64,000 nucleotides of DNA, from positions 960,001 to 1,024,000 of the forward strand of contig OZ243927.1 of the NCBI GenBank assembly GCA_965213925.1, in the 5' to 3' direction. The notes under the pieces were generated by a model that had not been told where the DNA came from, made no database searches, and worked only from the letters and a program-made list of their open reading frames with translations. Source of the stretch: Trueperaceae bacterium (GTDB taxonomy: Bacteria > Deinococcota > Deinococci > Deinococcales > Trueperaceae). Numbering within the stretch: the first letter of the stretch is position 1; each line of letters starts with the position of its first letter. Both the position numbers and the translations under genes were made by a program. Shown here piece by piece: positions 1 to 9,987 of the stretch.

Positions 1-397
1 CCGCTTGCGCCTTGTCCAAGTAGCGCTTCAGATAGGCGCGCAAGAGGTCGGCGGGCGCGTCCGCGGAAAGGTAGAGGTCCGCGCCCGACTGCAGCGCGGC
101 GGCGTGGCGCGCGCCGCTCTCTACGTCGCCCTCGTCGCCTAAGCAGATGAGCGGCACGTTGGCGAGCGGCTTTCTGCGGCGCAAGAGCGAGATGAGGTCG
201 AGTTGCGGCACGCTCCTAACGAGCGCGTCGCCCAACACGATCGCGGCGGGGACGTCCCCGCGCGTATGGTAGAGCAGCCCCTCGACGTCACTCAGGACGC
301 GGCTCTGCAGCCCGAGTGTGCGGGCGATAGGTGCGAGCGCCTCGCCGCGCGGGGCGGTGGACATGGCGATAAAAAGCTCTTGGGTGGACGCTGACAT
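1..397 (-). CDS. Partial CDS (runs off window) with N-terminal receiver-like domain
   Basis: Manual translation MSASTQELFIAMS...PAAIVLGD...LLRRRKPLANVPLICL...ALQSGADLYL follows the receiver pattern. TATAGT lies 8 nt upstream of the ATG. Not in the ORF track. Confidence 0.65.
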   Translation of the reverse strand, partial: MSASTQELFIAMSTAPRGEALAPIARTLGLQSRVLSDVEGLLYHTRGDVPAAIVLGDALVRSVPQLDLISLLRRRKPLANVPLICLGDEGDVESGARHAAALQSGADLYLSADAPADLLRAYLKRYLDKAQA

Positions 398-602
398 CGG
401 CGTTCACTATAGCAGGTGCGCCCGGCGCGCCGCGGTGAAATCTCATATGAAATTCATGGTAAAGGGTTGATGAAGCGCTCCACTCATGAGCGCTCGAGGC
501 TGTTAGTAGCACCCACCTTCGCCACCGTGCGCAGAGTTGCACACGACTTATTGTATAGTTGAGCAACGATTCAAAAATGCTACTTGAGACCTTAGGAGAG
601 CT

Positions 603-1451
603 ATGAACCTCGCGATTATCACCGATTCGACCTGCGACTTGCCCGCCGAGAAACTCAAAACCTTGGGCGTGGCGCGCGTGCCGCTCTACGTTAACTTTAG
701 GGGAGAAGTCTTCAAGGATTGGCTCGAGATAGGACCTAAAGAGATTGCCGAGGGCGTCCAAGGGGGCGCGGACATGCCCACGACGAGCCAACCTTCGCCC
801 CAAGACTTCACGAACGCCTATCAGGAAGCGGTCCGAAACGGCGCGGACGAGATTCTTTGCATTACGATTTCGTCCGAACTGTCCGGAACGTATCAGTCGG
901 CGAACGTCGCAAAGGAGAGCGTAGATGTAAACGTTCACGTCTTCGACTCGCAGGCGGCGAGCGTCGGCATCGCCATGCTCGTTCAGCGGGCGGTGAAGAT
1001 GCGTGATGAAGGGCAAGATAGAGACGCCATCATGCGCGAGATGGAGCGGATGCGCGACCAGAGCCTCTTGCGCTTTACGGTAGGTAGCCTGGACTTCTTG
1101 CAAAAAAACGGGCGCATCGGCGGCGCGCAGGCGCTTTTGGGCGGACTCCTCAAAATCAAACCCATCTTGGGGCTCGTCGAGGGCCGCGTCGAACCTGTTG
1201 GGCGCGTGCGCGGCGAGAAAAAAGCACGCTCGGAAATCGTCTCGCAGACGCAGGCGTACGCGAGCAAAGAGGGCGGCACGCCGGTGGTTTACTTTCTGCA
1301 CATCCAAGACCCGGAGGCGGCGGGTGAGTTGCAAAAGCAGTTAGAGGCGAGCGGGCTCGAGTTCCGTAATGCGGGCACCTATGAGATCGGCGCGGTCATC
1401 GCCTCGCACGTAGGACCGGGGACGTACGGAGTTTACCTCTATACGGAGTAA
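603..1451 (+). CDS. degV: DegV/FakB family fatty-acid-binding protein
   Basis: Motifs IITDSTCDL, TTSQPS, SSELSGT, L.KNGRIG, SHVGPG; AGGAG RBS. Confidence 0.95.
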   Translation: MNLAIITDSTCDLPAEKLKTLGVARVPLYVNFRGEVFKDWLEIGPKEIAEGVQGGADMPTTSQPSPQDFTNAYQEAVRNGADEILCITISSELSGTYQSANVAKESVDVNVHVFDSQAASVGIAMLVQRAVKMRDEGQDRDAIMREMERMRDQSLLRFTVGSLDFLQKNGRIGGAQALLGGLLKIKPILGLVEGRVEPVGRVRGEKKARSEIVSQTQAYASKEGGTPVVYFLHIQDPEAAGELQKQLEASGLEFRNAGTYEIGAVIASHVGPGTYGVYLYTE

Positions 1452-1459
1452 GAAGCCCA

Positions 1460-1498
1460 AAAGAAAGAGGCGGACTGTTGCGGTCCGCCTCTTTCTTT
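1460..1498. terminator. Bidirectional intrinsic terminator
   Basis: AAAGAAAGAGGCGGAC-tgttgcg-GTCCGCCTCTTTCTTT between convergent genes. Confidence 0.85.
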
Positions 1499-1508
1499 GC
1501 CTTCGTCT

Positions 1509-1612
1509 TATACGAGGTTGCATGACTTTGTTTGCAAAACTAAAGTCATGCCCATCTGTGATGGTAAGCTCCAACGCTCTCAGTAAGGATAAGTAAGCTA
1601 TGCAATTCCGTC
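1509..1612. repeat. ~105 bp MITE-like repeat, family 2 copy 1
   Basis: Close match to 20312-20417; ends TATACGAGGTTGCA / TGCAATTCCGT; internal hairpins. Confidence 0.8.
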
Positions 1613-2335
1613 TCAAAGCTTAACGACGCTTTTGCCCTCTTTAAGCGTGAGCGTGATGGTAGAGCCAGCTAGGTCGGGGGTGCTGCCCGTCGTCATTTCA
1701 AAAGTGACCGTCGCGGTATTGTCTGAATTCTCGTCGGCGAATTGAATGATCTTGATCGCTTCTCTGAGGTCGTCATTCGTGTCAGGATCGACGCCTAGTT
1801 GTAGTAAGAGCGCATTCGCTAACGTCACGCCGCTCGTCTCGTCATAGGTGTAGCCGCACGACAAGTCTGTATCGGTGCAGGTCTCGCGCTTGTTGAAAAT
1901 CAAGTCGCCGCCCAGCGTACTCGCCGCCGTCACGGTTCGTGTCGCGCCGTCTTCGCCGCCCTCGTCGGACAGGGTAAGCGTCGCCGTCATGTCCGTCACG
2001 GTGAACGTTTCAGGATACGTTCCCGCTACAGGTTTGGACACGGTTACTGTAGGCTCCAAACCGACTTCCGACTTGATGTAGTCGCCGCCGAAACCGCGCA
2101 AGCTAAAGTCTTCGTCGGGAAAGGTGAAGGTCGTTCCCTCTTGGCCTACTGCCTGAACCGCTAAATTTGCGGCGGAGCCCTCTGCGCTTAGCATGATGTC
2201 GACCTTTTGGTTGTCGATATTAAAAGGGTCATTGATGGTTTGCTCACCGATGACGTTGGAGATGAGGCCGCAGCCACTTAGCGCGGCGGCGACGGTCAAA
2301 GCGGTCAAAGGTTGAATGAGTTTTTTAGCGTTCAA
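1613..2335 (-). CDS. Lipoprotein of unknown function, beta-rich and acidic
   Basis: Lipobox LSGC after a hydrophobic stretch; GGAGG upstream of TTG at 2335. Confidence 0.75.
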   Translation of the reverse strand: MNAKKLIQPLTALTVAAALSGCGLISNVIGEQTINDPFNIDNQKVDIMLSAEGSAANLAVQAVGQEGTTFTFPDEDFSLRGFGGDYIKSEVGLEPTVTVSKPVAGTYPETFTVTDMTATLTLSDEGGEDGATRTVTAASTLGGDLIFNKRETCTDTDLSCGYTYDETSGVTLANALLLQLGVDPDTNDDLREAIKIIQFADENSDNTATVTFEMTTGSTPDLAGSTITLTLKEGKSVVKL

Positions 2336-2499
2336 GGGCGTACCTCCAGAGGACATTTCGCTCACGGTAGCACTCTCTTTACAAACCGCTTATGAGGTTT
2401 TTTAGCCGCTGTGAAATCTTTCCTAACCGTTCGAGTGCCCTGTTGTCTCGAGCGACATTTGCACCTCTTAGACGCCCTTGCACTCCTTATGATAGCGGG

Positions 2500-3990
2500 A
2501 TGCTAGCCAAGGTCATCTCCGCCGCCGTTCTAGGTGTAGACGCTTTCGAAGTGCAGATCGAGGTGGATATCTCGGGCGGTCTGCCCTGCGTGATGGTGGT
2601 GGGCTTGCCCGACGCCGCTGTGCAGGAGTCGCGCGAGCGGGTGCGCTCGGCGATTCGCAACGCGGGGTTGCCCTTTCCGTCCAGCCGAATTGTCATCAAC
2701 TTAGCCCCAGCCGACGTGCGCAAAGAGGGTCCAGCCTTCGATTTGCCCATCGCGCTCGCCGTTTTAGCGGCGCAAGGGGTCATCCCGCAGGAGCGGTTAG
2801 AGAGCACCGTTATCAGCGGCGAACTCGCTTTAGACGGCGCGATTCGCCCGCTCAAGGGAGCCATCAATATCAGCCTCTACGCGGCGCAAGCGGGCTTGGA
2901 GCGGGCTATCGTTCCGCCCGAGAACGCCGCCGAAGCCGCTGTTGTGAGTGATGTCGAAGTCTACGCGCCTAAAACCTTGCTGGAAGCCGTCGAGTTTTTT
3001 CAGGGGCGGAATTTGCTCGAGCCAACCACCCCAAAAGAGGTCAGCAGCAGCGAGCAGCACCTGGATTTGTACGATATCAAAGGTCAAGCTGCTGCTAAAC
3101 GCGCCCTAGAGATTTCAGCGGCGGGCGCGCACAACCTCCTGATGAGTGGTCCGCCCGGCTCGGGCAAGACGATGTTGGCGCGGCGTCTGCCGGGTATCTT
3201 GCCCGCTCTGACGAGGGACGAAGCCATCGAGGTGACGCGCATCCATTCGACAGCGGGGACGCTCAAAGAGCGCGGGCTTTTGACCAACCCCGTCTTCCGC
3301 GCGCCGCATCATACGATTTCGGACGCCGGACTGATTGGCGGCGGCAACATCCCGCGACCCGGCGAGGTCAGTTTGGCGCACCGGGGCGTCCTCTTTTTAG
3401 ACGAGTTTCCCGAGTTTAGCCGCCAAGCCTTGGAGGTCTTGCGCCAACCGATGGAGGACGGCGTCGTGACGATCAGCCGCGCGAGGGCCGCGCTGACCTT
3501 TCCCGCGCGCTTTACCCTCGTCGCCTCACAGAATCCGTGTCCATGCGGTCACTACGGCGATACGGGCAAAGAATGCTCCTGCACGCCCGTCATGCGGAGC
3601 CGCTACCGCGAACGCATCAGCGGACCGCTTCTGGACAGGCTCGACTTGCGCATCCAGGTGCCGCGCCTTAGCGCCGACGACCTCTTGCACGCCTCGCCCG
3701 GTGAGCCGAGCGAAGGGGTGCGCTCGCGCGTCTTGGCAGCGCGAACGCTCGCACTCGAACGTCAAGGCGTGCCGAACGCGGAGTTGAGTGGTCAGGCGTT
3801 ACGAAGGCATACGGCGCTCAAAGATGGACCGGAAGCCTTTGCCAAGAGCGTCATCCGGCAGCTTTCGCTCTCCGGGCGCGGTTATGACAGGCTCTTGCGC
3901 GTGGCGCGAACCGTAGCGGACCTAGCGCAAGCCGAGAGTGTGAGCGAAGCCCACCTCGCCGAAGCGGTGAGCTACCGAGGCGACTTGTAA
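2500..3990 (+). CDS. comM: ComM/YifB Mg-chelatase-like AAA+ ATPase
   Basis: [51 protein letters not shown]; start refined by TATGAT 6 nt upstream. Confidence 0.95.
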   Translation: MLAKVISAAVLGVDAFEVQIEVDISGGLPCVMVVGLPDAAVQESRERVRSAIRNAGLPFPSSRIVINLAPADVRKEGPAFDLPIALAVLAAQGVIPQERLESTVISGELALDGAIRPLKGAINISLYAAQAGLERAIVPPENAAEAAVVSDVEVYAPKTLLEAVEFFQGRNLLEPTTPKEVSSSEQHLDLYDIKGQAAAKRALEISAAGAHNLLMSGPPGSGKTMLARRLPGILPALTRDEAIEVTRIHSTAGTLKERGLLTNPVFRAPHHTISDAGLIGGGNIPRPGEVSLAHRGVLFLDEFPEFSRQALEVLRQPMEDGVVTISRARAALTFPARFTLVASQNPCPCGHYGDTGKECSCTPVMRSRYRERISGPLLDRLDLRIQVPRLSADDLLHASPGEPSEGVRSRVLAARTLALERQGVPNAELSGQALRRHTALKDGPEAFAKSVIRQLSLSGRGYDRLLRVARTVADLAQAESVSEAHLAEAVSYRGDL

Positions 3991-4163
3991 CTCTCGTCTC
4001 TGCTTGTGTCCTCTGCCTCCTCTAACTCCTCCGGCGGCTCCTCGCCGCCGTGATAGAGAAACGACGCGATGTAGCCGACGAAGGCCCCCAACGCGGCGAT
4101 GCCGATATAGAGCAGCGCGTAGAGAAAAATTTGATATGCACCTCTGGCGAGCGTGTCTTCCAT
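3972..4163 (-). CDS. Small membrane protein with acidic tail (63 aa)
   Basis: AGGAGGG before the ATG, one TM helix, E-rich C-terminus. Confidence 0.6.
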   Translation of the reverse strand: MEDTLARGAYQIFLYALLYIGIAALGAFVGYIASFLYHGGEEPPEELEEAEDTSRDESYKSPR

Positions 4164-4414
4164 CCCTCCTAGTGTAAACCCCACCTCCTGTTGCATGTGA
4201 TACATTGGGTAGAACTTTGTATTTTGAGAAGGTTTTTCAAAATGACTGAAGTCGTAGGCGCAGGTATTATCTTTTGTATGTGCTGAGCGGTCCTCTACTA
4301 TAATGAGGGTGTCTGTGACCACCGCTGCGTCGCGCGCTCCCGCTAGGCGCAGAAACTTCGCGAGCCGAACGGAGTGAGACGGACTTTGATATCTGCAATC
4401 TCGAGGAGGGTAAC

Positions 4415-5527
4415 GTGCCTAGAATGTTAGTGCCAGACGGGGCAACGAGACGCAAGCGCTTCCGCAAAGGGAGCACACTTATACTATTTTTCGTAGGGCT
4501 CGCGGCGCTTCTAAGCGGCTGCGAACTCAGTAGCCCGCAGTCCATCATGGAGACCGCCGGGCCTGTCGCGAGAAGTCAGTTGGAGCTGTTCGAGTTCACC
4601 TTCTGGCTCGCGACGGGTGTGTTCGGCGTGGTTACAGCGGCGCTCGTCTACGCGATATGGCAATACCGCCGCCGTGACGACCAGGAGGGACTGCCACCGC
4701 AGGTTCACGGCGTCATGAGTTTAGAGATCGCCTGGACGCTCGCGCCCGCTATCGTCCTCGTTATTTTAGGCGTCCCGACCGTCAACCTTATCTTCCAGAA
4801 CCAGAGCCATATCGACGGAGCAGACCCCGCCAACGGCGACGACCTCATTGTCAACGTCATCGGCTATCAGTGGTGGTGGGAGTTCGAATATCCCGAACTC
4901 GGCATTACCACCGCGAACGAGTTACATATCCCTACGGGGCGGCGCGTCGTCTTAAACCTCAACTCAGGCGACGTGCTCCACTCCTTCTGGGTGCCGAAGC
5001 TCGCGGGCAAGCGTGACCTGATTCCAAACCAAGACAATCAACTGTGGCTCCAGGCGGACGAGCCCGGCATGTACTACGGTCAGTGCGCCGAACTCTGCTT
5101 GACCGCGCACGCCTACATGCGCTTCCGAGTCATCGCCAGCGATGAACAGGGGTTTGATACATGGGTTGCCGCGTTTAACGAAGATACGCAGCAGGCCTCG
5201 AGCCAAGCCCAGCCCTTCGCCGAAGGAGAAGCGCTCTTCAAGACGAAGGGGTGCGCGAACTGTCACGCTATTGACGGTTACGCGATGGGTCAGGGTGCGC
5301 CCGACCTGACGAATTTCGGCATGAGACACACTATCGCGGCGGGCGTGCTGGATAACACGCCAGAGAACCTAGCAGCGTGGTTGGCGAATCCGCAAGCCAT
5401 CAAGCCGGGCAACTACATGCCGACCCTGTGGGCGGCGGACGACCCCGAACGGGACACGCAGATCGCCGCGATTGTGGCGTATTTAGAGAGCTTAGGCAGC
5501 GAAGCAGCGCCCCTAGCGAGGAGATAA
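4415..5527 (+). CDS. coxB: Cytochrome c oxidase subunit II with fused cytochrome c (caa3 type)
   Basis: Lipobox LSGC, GYQWWW, DVLHSFW, CuA motif CAELCLTAHAYM, C-terminal CANCH plus Met ligand. Confidence 0.95.
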   Translation: MPRMLVPDGATRRKRFRKGSTLILFFVGLAALLSGCELSSPQSIMETAGPVARSQLELFEFTFWLATGVFGVVTAALVYAIWQYRRRDDQEGLPPQVHGVMSLEIAWTLAPAIVLVILGVPTVNLIFQNQSHIDGADPANGDDLIVNVIGYQWWWEFEYPELGITTANELHIPTGRRVVLNLNSGDVLHSFWVPKLAGKRDLIPNQDNQLWLQADEPGMYYGQCAELCLTAHAYMRFRVIASDEQGFDTWVAAFNEDTQQASSQAQPFAEGEALFKTKGCANCHAIDGYAMGQGAPDLTNFGMRHTIAAGVLDNTPENLAAWLANPQAIKPGNYMPTLWAADDPERDTQIAAIVAYLESLGSEAAPLARR

Positions 5528-5528
5528 G

Positions 5529-7490
5529 ATGGCCGTAAGACAACCCCAAAGACCTATAGAATCTCCCGAAACCAAGGGGCTTTTGAAGCGCCCGGATTCG
5601 GACACGGGTATCGCCAGCTGGCTCACGACGGTAGACCACAAGCGTCTAGGGATTCTCTATTTCGTCACGACGTTCGGCTTCTTTCTATTGGGCAGCGTCG
5701 AAGCCTTTCTGATTCGCTTGCAGCTCGCCGCGCCGAATCAGCAGATTATCGGACCCGACTTGTACAACCAAATCTTCACCATGCACGGGCTCACCATGAT
5801 CTTCTTGGCGGTGATGCCACTAGGTACAGCGTTTGCCAACTACTTCGTGCCACTGATGATCGGCGCACGAGACTTAGCGTTCCCGCGCCTCAATGCGTTT
5901 GGCTACTGGGCGTATCTAGCGGGTGGGCTAATTTTGTACTCGAGCTTTCTCTTAGGCGGCGCACCCGACGCAGGCTGGTTCGCCTACGCGCCGATGACCC
6001 AAACAGCGTATACGCCGGGCACCGGCATCGACTTCTACCTCATGGGTCTACTCATCAGCGGTATCGGCACGCTCGTGACCGCCATGAACCTCATCGTGAC
6101 GATTCTCAACATGCGCGCCCCCGGCATGACCATGATGCGGATGCCGCTCTTCCCCTGGATGATGCTCGTGACCGCCTTTTTGGTCATCTTCGCCTTCCCG
6201 CCGCTGACCATCGCGCTCGTGCAGGTCTTCATGGACCGCAGTTTCGGCACGCTCTTTTTCAACCCCGAGGGTGGCGGGATGCCGATTTTGTGGCAGCACC
6301 TCTTCTGGGTTTTCGGACACCCGGAGGTCTACATCGTTATCTTGCCCGCGTTCGGCGTCATCAGTGAGGTCATCCCGACCTTCTCGCGCAAGCCGCTGTT
6401 CGGCTACCCGATGGTGGTTTTGGCGGGCATCTTCATCGGCTTCATGGGCTTCGCGGTGTGGAGCCACCATATGTTCACTACGGGGCTTGGCGCGGTGGCG
6501 GCGTCCGCCTTTGCGATTACGAGCTTCGTCATCGCGGTGCCCACCGGCATCAAAGTCTTCAACTGGATTGCGACGATGTGGCTCGGGCAGATTCGCTTTA
6601 CCACCGCGATGCTCTTTGCCATCGCTTTTATTTTCACCTTCACGCTGGGCGGCATCACGGGCATCATGGTCGCCGTGCCATCTTTCGACGCGCAGGCGCA
6701 AGACTCGTACTTCGTCGTGGCGCACTTCCACTACGTGATGGGGGGCGGGGCGCTCCTGTCCTTCTTCGCAGGGATTTACTACTGGTTCCCCAAGATGACC
6801 GGAAAGCTGCTTAGTGAGGGCATCGGCAAGTGGGTTTTTGGGCTCACCGTAGGTGGCTTTCACCTCGTGTTTTTCCCGCAGCACTTCTTAGGGCTCATGG
6901 GGATGCCACGTCGCATCCAGACCTACGACGCGGATTTGGGCTGGAACTTCTACAACCTCATCTCGACCTCTGGTGTGTTCATTCTCGGCGCGGGCGTCTT
7001 GCTGTTCCTCTACAGCCTCTTGCGTGACTACCGCTACGGCGAAGAAGCGGGCGACGACCCCTGGGACGCTCGGACGCTCGAGTGGAGCATCTCCTCCCCG
7101 CCCCCCCATTTCGACTTCGCCGAATTGCCCGTCGTGGAGGACCGCGACCCGGTATGGCTCGCCAAGCACCCAGAACTCCTGGAGAGCCGCGACGACGTTT
7201 CTGAAAGCGCCGATGAAGACGAAGCTGCAACGACGCTGCCCCCGAGCGACGAGGGCATCCACATCCCTGGGCAGTCCTGGTATCCCTTCATCATGTCCGT
7301 CGGGCTCTTTATCGGCGGCTTCGGCGCGATCTATCACAACTGGGTACTCGGCATCTTCAGCTTGCTCATCGTCACGCTCAGCACCTACGCCTGGGCGTTC
7401 GAGGGGCTCGGTGGTCATCACGTTCACCCCACCGAGAGCGACCTGCGCGACACGGGGATCAGTCGGCTGAGAGAGGACCACGCGCAATGA
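5529..7490 (+). CDS. coxA: Cytochrome c oxidase subunit I (A1 type)
   Basis: TMHG, FGHPEVY, WSHHMF, AHFHY, GMPRR; extra C-terminal helices. Confidence 0.97.
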   Translation: MAVRQPQRPIESPETKGLLKRPDSDTGIASWLTTVDHKRLGILYFVTTFGFFLLGSVEAFLIRLQLAAPNQQIIGPDLYNQIFTMHGLTMIFLAVMPLGTAFANYFVPLMIGARDLAFPRLNAFGYWAYLAGGLILYSSFLLGGAPDAGWFAYAPMTQTAYTPGTGIDFYLMGLLISGIGTLVTAMNLIVTILNMRAPGMTMMRMPLFPWMMLVTAFLVIFAFPPLTIALVQVFMDRSFGTLFFNPEGGGMPILWQHLFWVFGHPEVYIVILPAFGVISEVIPTFSRKPLFGYPMVVLAGIFIGFMGFAVWSHHMFTTGLGAVAASAFAITSFVIAVPTGIKVFNWIATMWLGQIRFTTAMLFAIAFIFTFTLGGITGIMVAVPSFDAQAQDSYFVVAHFHYVMGGGALLSFFAGIYYWFPKMTGKLLSEGIGKWVFGLTVGGFHLVFFPQHFLGLMGMPRRIQTYDADLGWNFYNLISTSGVFILGAGVLLFLYSLLRDYRYGEEAGDDPWDARTLEWSISSPPPHFDFAELPVVEDRDPVWLAKHPELLESRDDVSESADEDEAATTLPPSDEGIHIPGQSWYPFIMSVGLFIGGFGAIYHNWVLGIFSLLIVTLSTYAWAFEGLGGHHVHPTESDLRDTGISRLREDHAQ

Positions 7491-8101
7491 CCACCGCGCC
7501 GCAAACCTCTACCACCAACGTCGAACACGGCGAATACCGCAGCACCAAGCTCGCCGATCGCAAGCTCATGATGTGGATTTTCTTAGCCTCGGACTGCATG
7601 TTCTTCGGCGCGCTCATCGGCACCTACATCGTCTACAACGGGCGCAGTTTAGAGGGACCCTATCCGACGGATGTGTTCGACATTCCCTTGACAACGGTCA
7701 GCACCTTCGTCCTCTTGATGAGTTCGTTTTTGATGGTTTTGGCGCTGCACGCCCTGCGCGAAAACGACATCCCCAAGTTTCGACTTTGGACACTAGGTGT
7801 GTGCGTGTTCGGCTCCATCTTCTTGGGCTTTCAGGTTTACGAGTTTCGCCACTTCGTCCACGAGGGGTTGACGTTGCAGCAGAACCTCTTCGGCACGACC
7901 TTCTTCACGCTCACTGGCACGCACGGGATTCACGTTACGATCGGGGTGCTCTGGCTCCTGTCCATCCTCGTCGCGTCGTATATCCGCCCTGTCAGCAGCA
8001 AGGACGCGCTCAGCTTGGAGATTGCGGGGCTATACTGGCACTTCGTTGACATCGTCTGGATCGTTATCTTTACGGTGGTTTACCTGATCGAGTTTCTCTA
8101 A
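7487..8101 (+). CDS. coxC: Cytochrome c oxidase subunit III (short form)
   Basis: MWIFLASD, LTGTHGIHV, LYWHFVD. Confidence 0.95.
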   Translation: MTTAPQTSTTNVEHGEYRSTKLADRKLMMWIFLASDCMFFGALIGTYIVYNGRSLEGPYPTDVFDIPLTTVSTFVLLMSSFLMVLALHALRENDIPKFRLWTLGVCVFGSIFLGFQVYEFRHFVHEGLTLQQNLFGTTFFTLTGTHGIHVTIGVLWLLSILVASYIRPVSSKDALSLEIAGLYWHFVDIVWIVIFTVVYLIEFL

Positions 8102-8240
8102 GTTGTCCCGAGTTGACGTTGCGAAGGATTAGAGCGAAAGGCTAGAGATTGAATAGCTTCGTCAACTCGTTTGGACTAAAATACCCGATTAAAATAGAAG
8201 TAAAATTTCCTACTCTTCCACACGCTTGAAAGGTTTCTAA

Positions 8241-9986
8241 GTGAGTCAAGAACCCAATAGTCATGAAGGGCATGAGGGCGGCTCGAGCGTCCGCACCTAC
8301 GTCATCATCGCGCTTATCTTAGCGGCGATTACCTACGCCGAATTCGCGCTCATCGAGTACGACTTTGCCTTCCTAGACCGCACCACCACCCTCGTGAGTT
8401 TAGTCGTGCTTTCAGTGATTAAGTTCGTCCTGGTGGTAATGTTTTTCATGCACCTAAAGGACGACGACAACATTTTTACAGGGTTTTTCAGTTCCGGCAT
8501 GGTCATCGCCGTAGGGACGCTCGTGGCGCTCTCCTTGCTCTTTACCGTGCGGAGCCTCTCGTACGCGCAGACGCCGCAAGAGGAGCAAGCCGAACTCGTG
8601 CAGGCCATCGGCGACGGCGAGCACGTCTACCAAGAGAACTGCATTAGCTGTCACCAGGCAAACGGGCACGGCGTCGTGGGCGCGATCCCGCCCCACATCG
8701 GTCACACGCCCTATCTCGCACAAGCGACGGGCGAAGGTGAACTTGGCGGGCGCGAGTACATGATCAACGTCATATTGCACGGCTTAGAAGGTCAGATCGT
8801 CGCGCGGGGAGAGCAGTACGACGGCATCATGCCGCCCTACGACCACTTGAGCGACGAAGAGATTTCAGAAGTTTTGAACTACAGCGTCAACGCTTGGGGC
8901 AACCAGACGATTTTGCCGGATAACTTCCAGTTCTTCACCCCTGAAGAGGTCGCCGAGGTGCGTAATGCGAACAGCGAACTCAGCTCCTTTGATATTTATA
9001 AACTGCGCAGTGCACTCACCGTCCCCGAAGGACCGGAACCGTTGACCAGGGCAAGAGACCTCGCCACCTATTTCAACACGCCGCCGCCCAAAACGCTCGA
9101 CGTGCGCCAAATCAACATTGACCCCGGTAGCTACCTCGACTACACGAGGGAGTCTGAGTCGGAGATGGCGGACGAGGACAGCAGCGGCGAAGGTCCAGAT
9201 GACGTGATGGGCGAAATAAGTGATGACGTGGGTAGCCCCGAGACGGATACGGTTCAAGGTATCCGCGACGAAGATCAAGACACGCTCTATGAAGGCGAAA
9301 CTGGCACGGGTGAGGTTGTAGATGGCGCGGCGCTCAATAATCCGCCAGAGTTGCCCGCCGAAACTGTTGCGCCTAACATCTTGTTGGAGCCCGCCCAAAA
9401 CAACACCAGCATCAACTTGGAGAGTCCCTTCGCTGCTGACGGTAGCCTTAGACAAGGAGACCAACAGAACCAGCAGAATCAACAGCAACCGCAGCAGCAA
9501 AACCAGCAACAGGATCAGCCGCAAGGGAGTCAAGATGCACAGCAAGGTGGCGGGCAAGAGGCGCAAGCCGCGCAAACCTCATTTGACTGGCAGCAACTCG
9601 GTGAGCAAGCCTATTCGAACTGCACGAGTTGTCACCAAGCTAACGGTGAAGGTATCGCGGGTGCGTTCCCACCGCTTGCCGGACACTTGCCTTCGGTCTA
9701 CAACGTGGACGGTGGTCGCGAATACATCATCAACGTGCTCCTCTACGGTTTACAGGGCGAAATTCAGATTGACGGACAGAGCTACAATGGCGTGATGACC
9801 GCCTGGGGGCAACTCAGCAACGAGGAGATCGCCGCTGTAATTAATCACGAGCTAACCTCTTGGGGCAACGAGTCGGCGCTACAGAACTTTCAGCCGCTCC
9901 AGCCGGACGAAGTCGAGGCGCTGCGCGGACAGGGCCTAAGTGCAACGGACGTTTACGAGATTCGCCAAGGGTTAAACCTTCAGTAA
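8241..9986 (+). CDS. Oxidase subunit IV fused to two cytochrome c552-like domains
   Basis: N-terminal 3 TM with FFMHLK; CISCH and CTSCH each followed by GGREY..NV.L.GL.G.I...Y.G.M; acidic and Gln-rich linker. Confidence 0.85.
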   Translation: MSQEPNSHEGHEGGSSVRTYVIIALILAAITYAEFALIEYDFAFLDRTTTLVSLVVLSVIKFVLVVMFFMHLKDDDNIFTGFFSSGMVIAVGTLVALSLLFTVRSLSYAQTPQEEQAELVQAIGDGEHVYQENCISCHQANGHGVVGAIPPHIGHTPYLAQATGEGELGGREYMINVILHGLEGQIVARGEQYDGIMPPYDHLSDEEISEVLNYSVNAWGNQTILPDNFQFFTPEEVAEVRNANSELSSFDIYKLRSALTVPEGPEPLTRARDLATYFNTPPPKTLDVRQINIDPGSYLDYTRESESEMADEDSSGEGPDDVMGEISDDVGSPETDTVQGIRDEDQDTLYEGETGTGEVVDGAALNNPPELPAETVAPNILLEPAQNNTSINLESPFAADGSLRQGDQQNQQNQQQPQQQNQQQDQPQGSQDAQQGGGQEAQAAQTSFDWQQLGEQAYSNCTSCHQANGEGIAGAFPPLAGHLPSVYNVDGGREYIINVLLYGLQGEIQIDGQSYNGVMTAWGQLSNEEIAAVINHELTSWGNESALQNFQPLQPDEVEALRGQGLSATDVYEIRQGLNLQ

Positions 9987-9987
9987 C

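Noticed and set aside
288..1334. 348 aa minus-strand ORF and other long antisense ORFs (for example 6048-6884, 8865-9575, 12618-13394, 27956-28648)
   Set aside because: They are shadows of well-supported genes on the opposite strand in GC-rich DNA and carry no recognisable motifs.
9461..9545. CAG/CAA/AAC-rich repetitive tract
   Set aside because: It encodes the Gln-rich linker of the CoxIV fusion; it is not a CRISPR or non-coding array.
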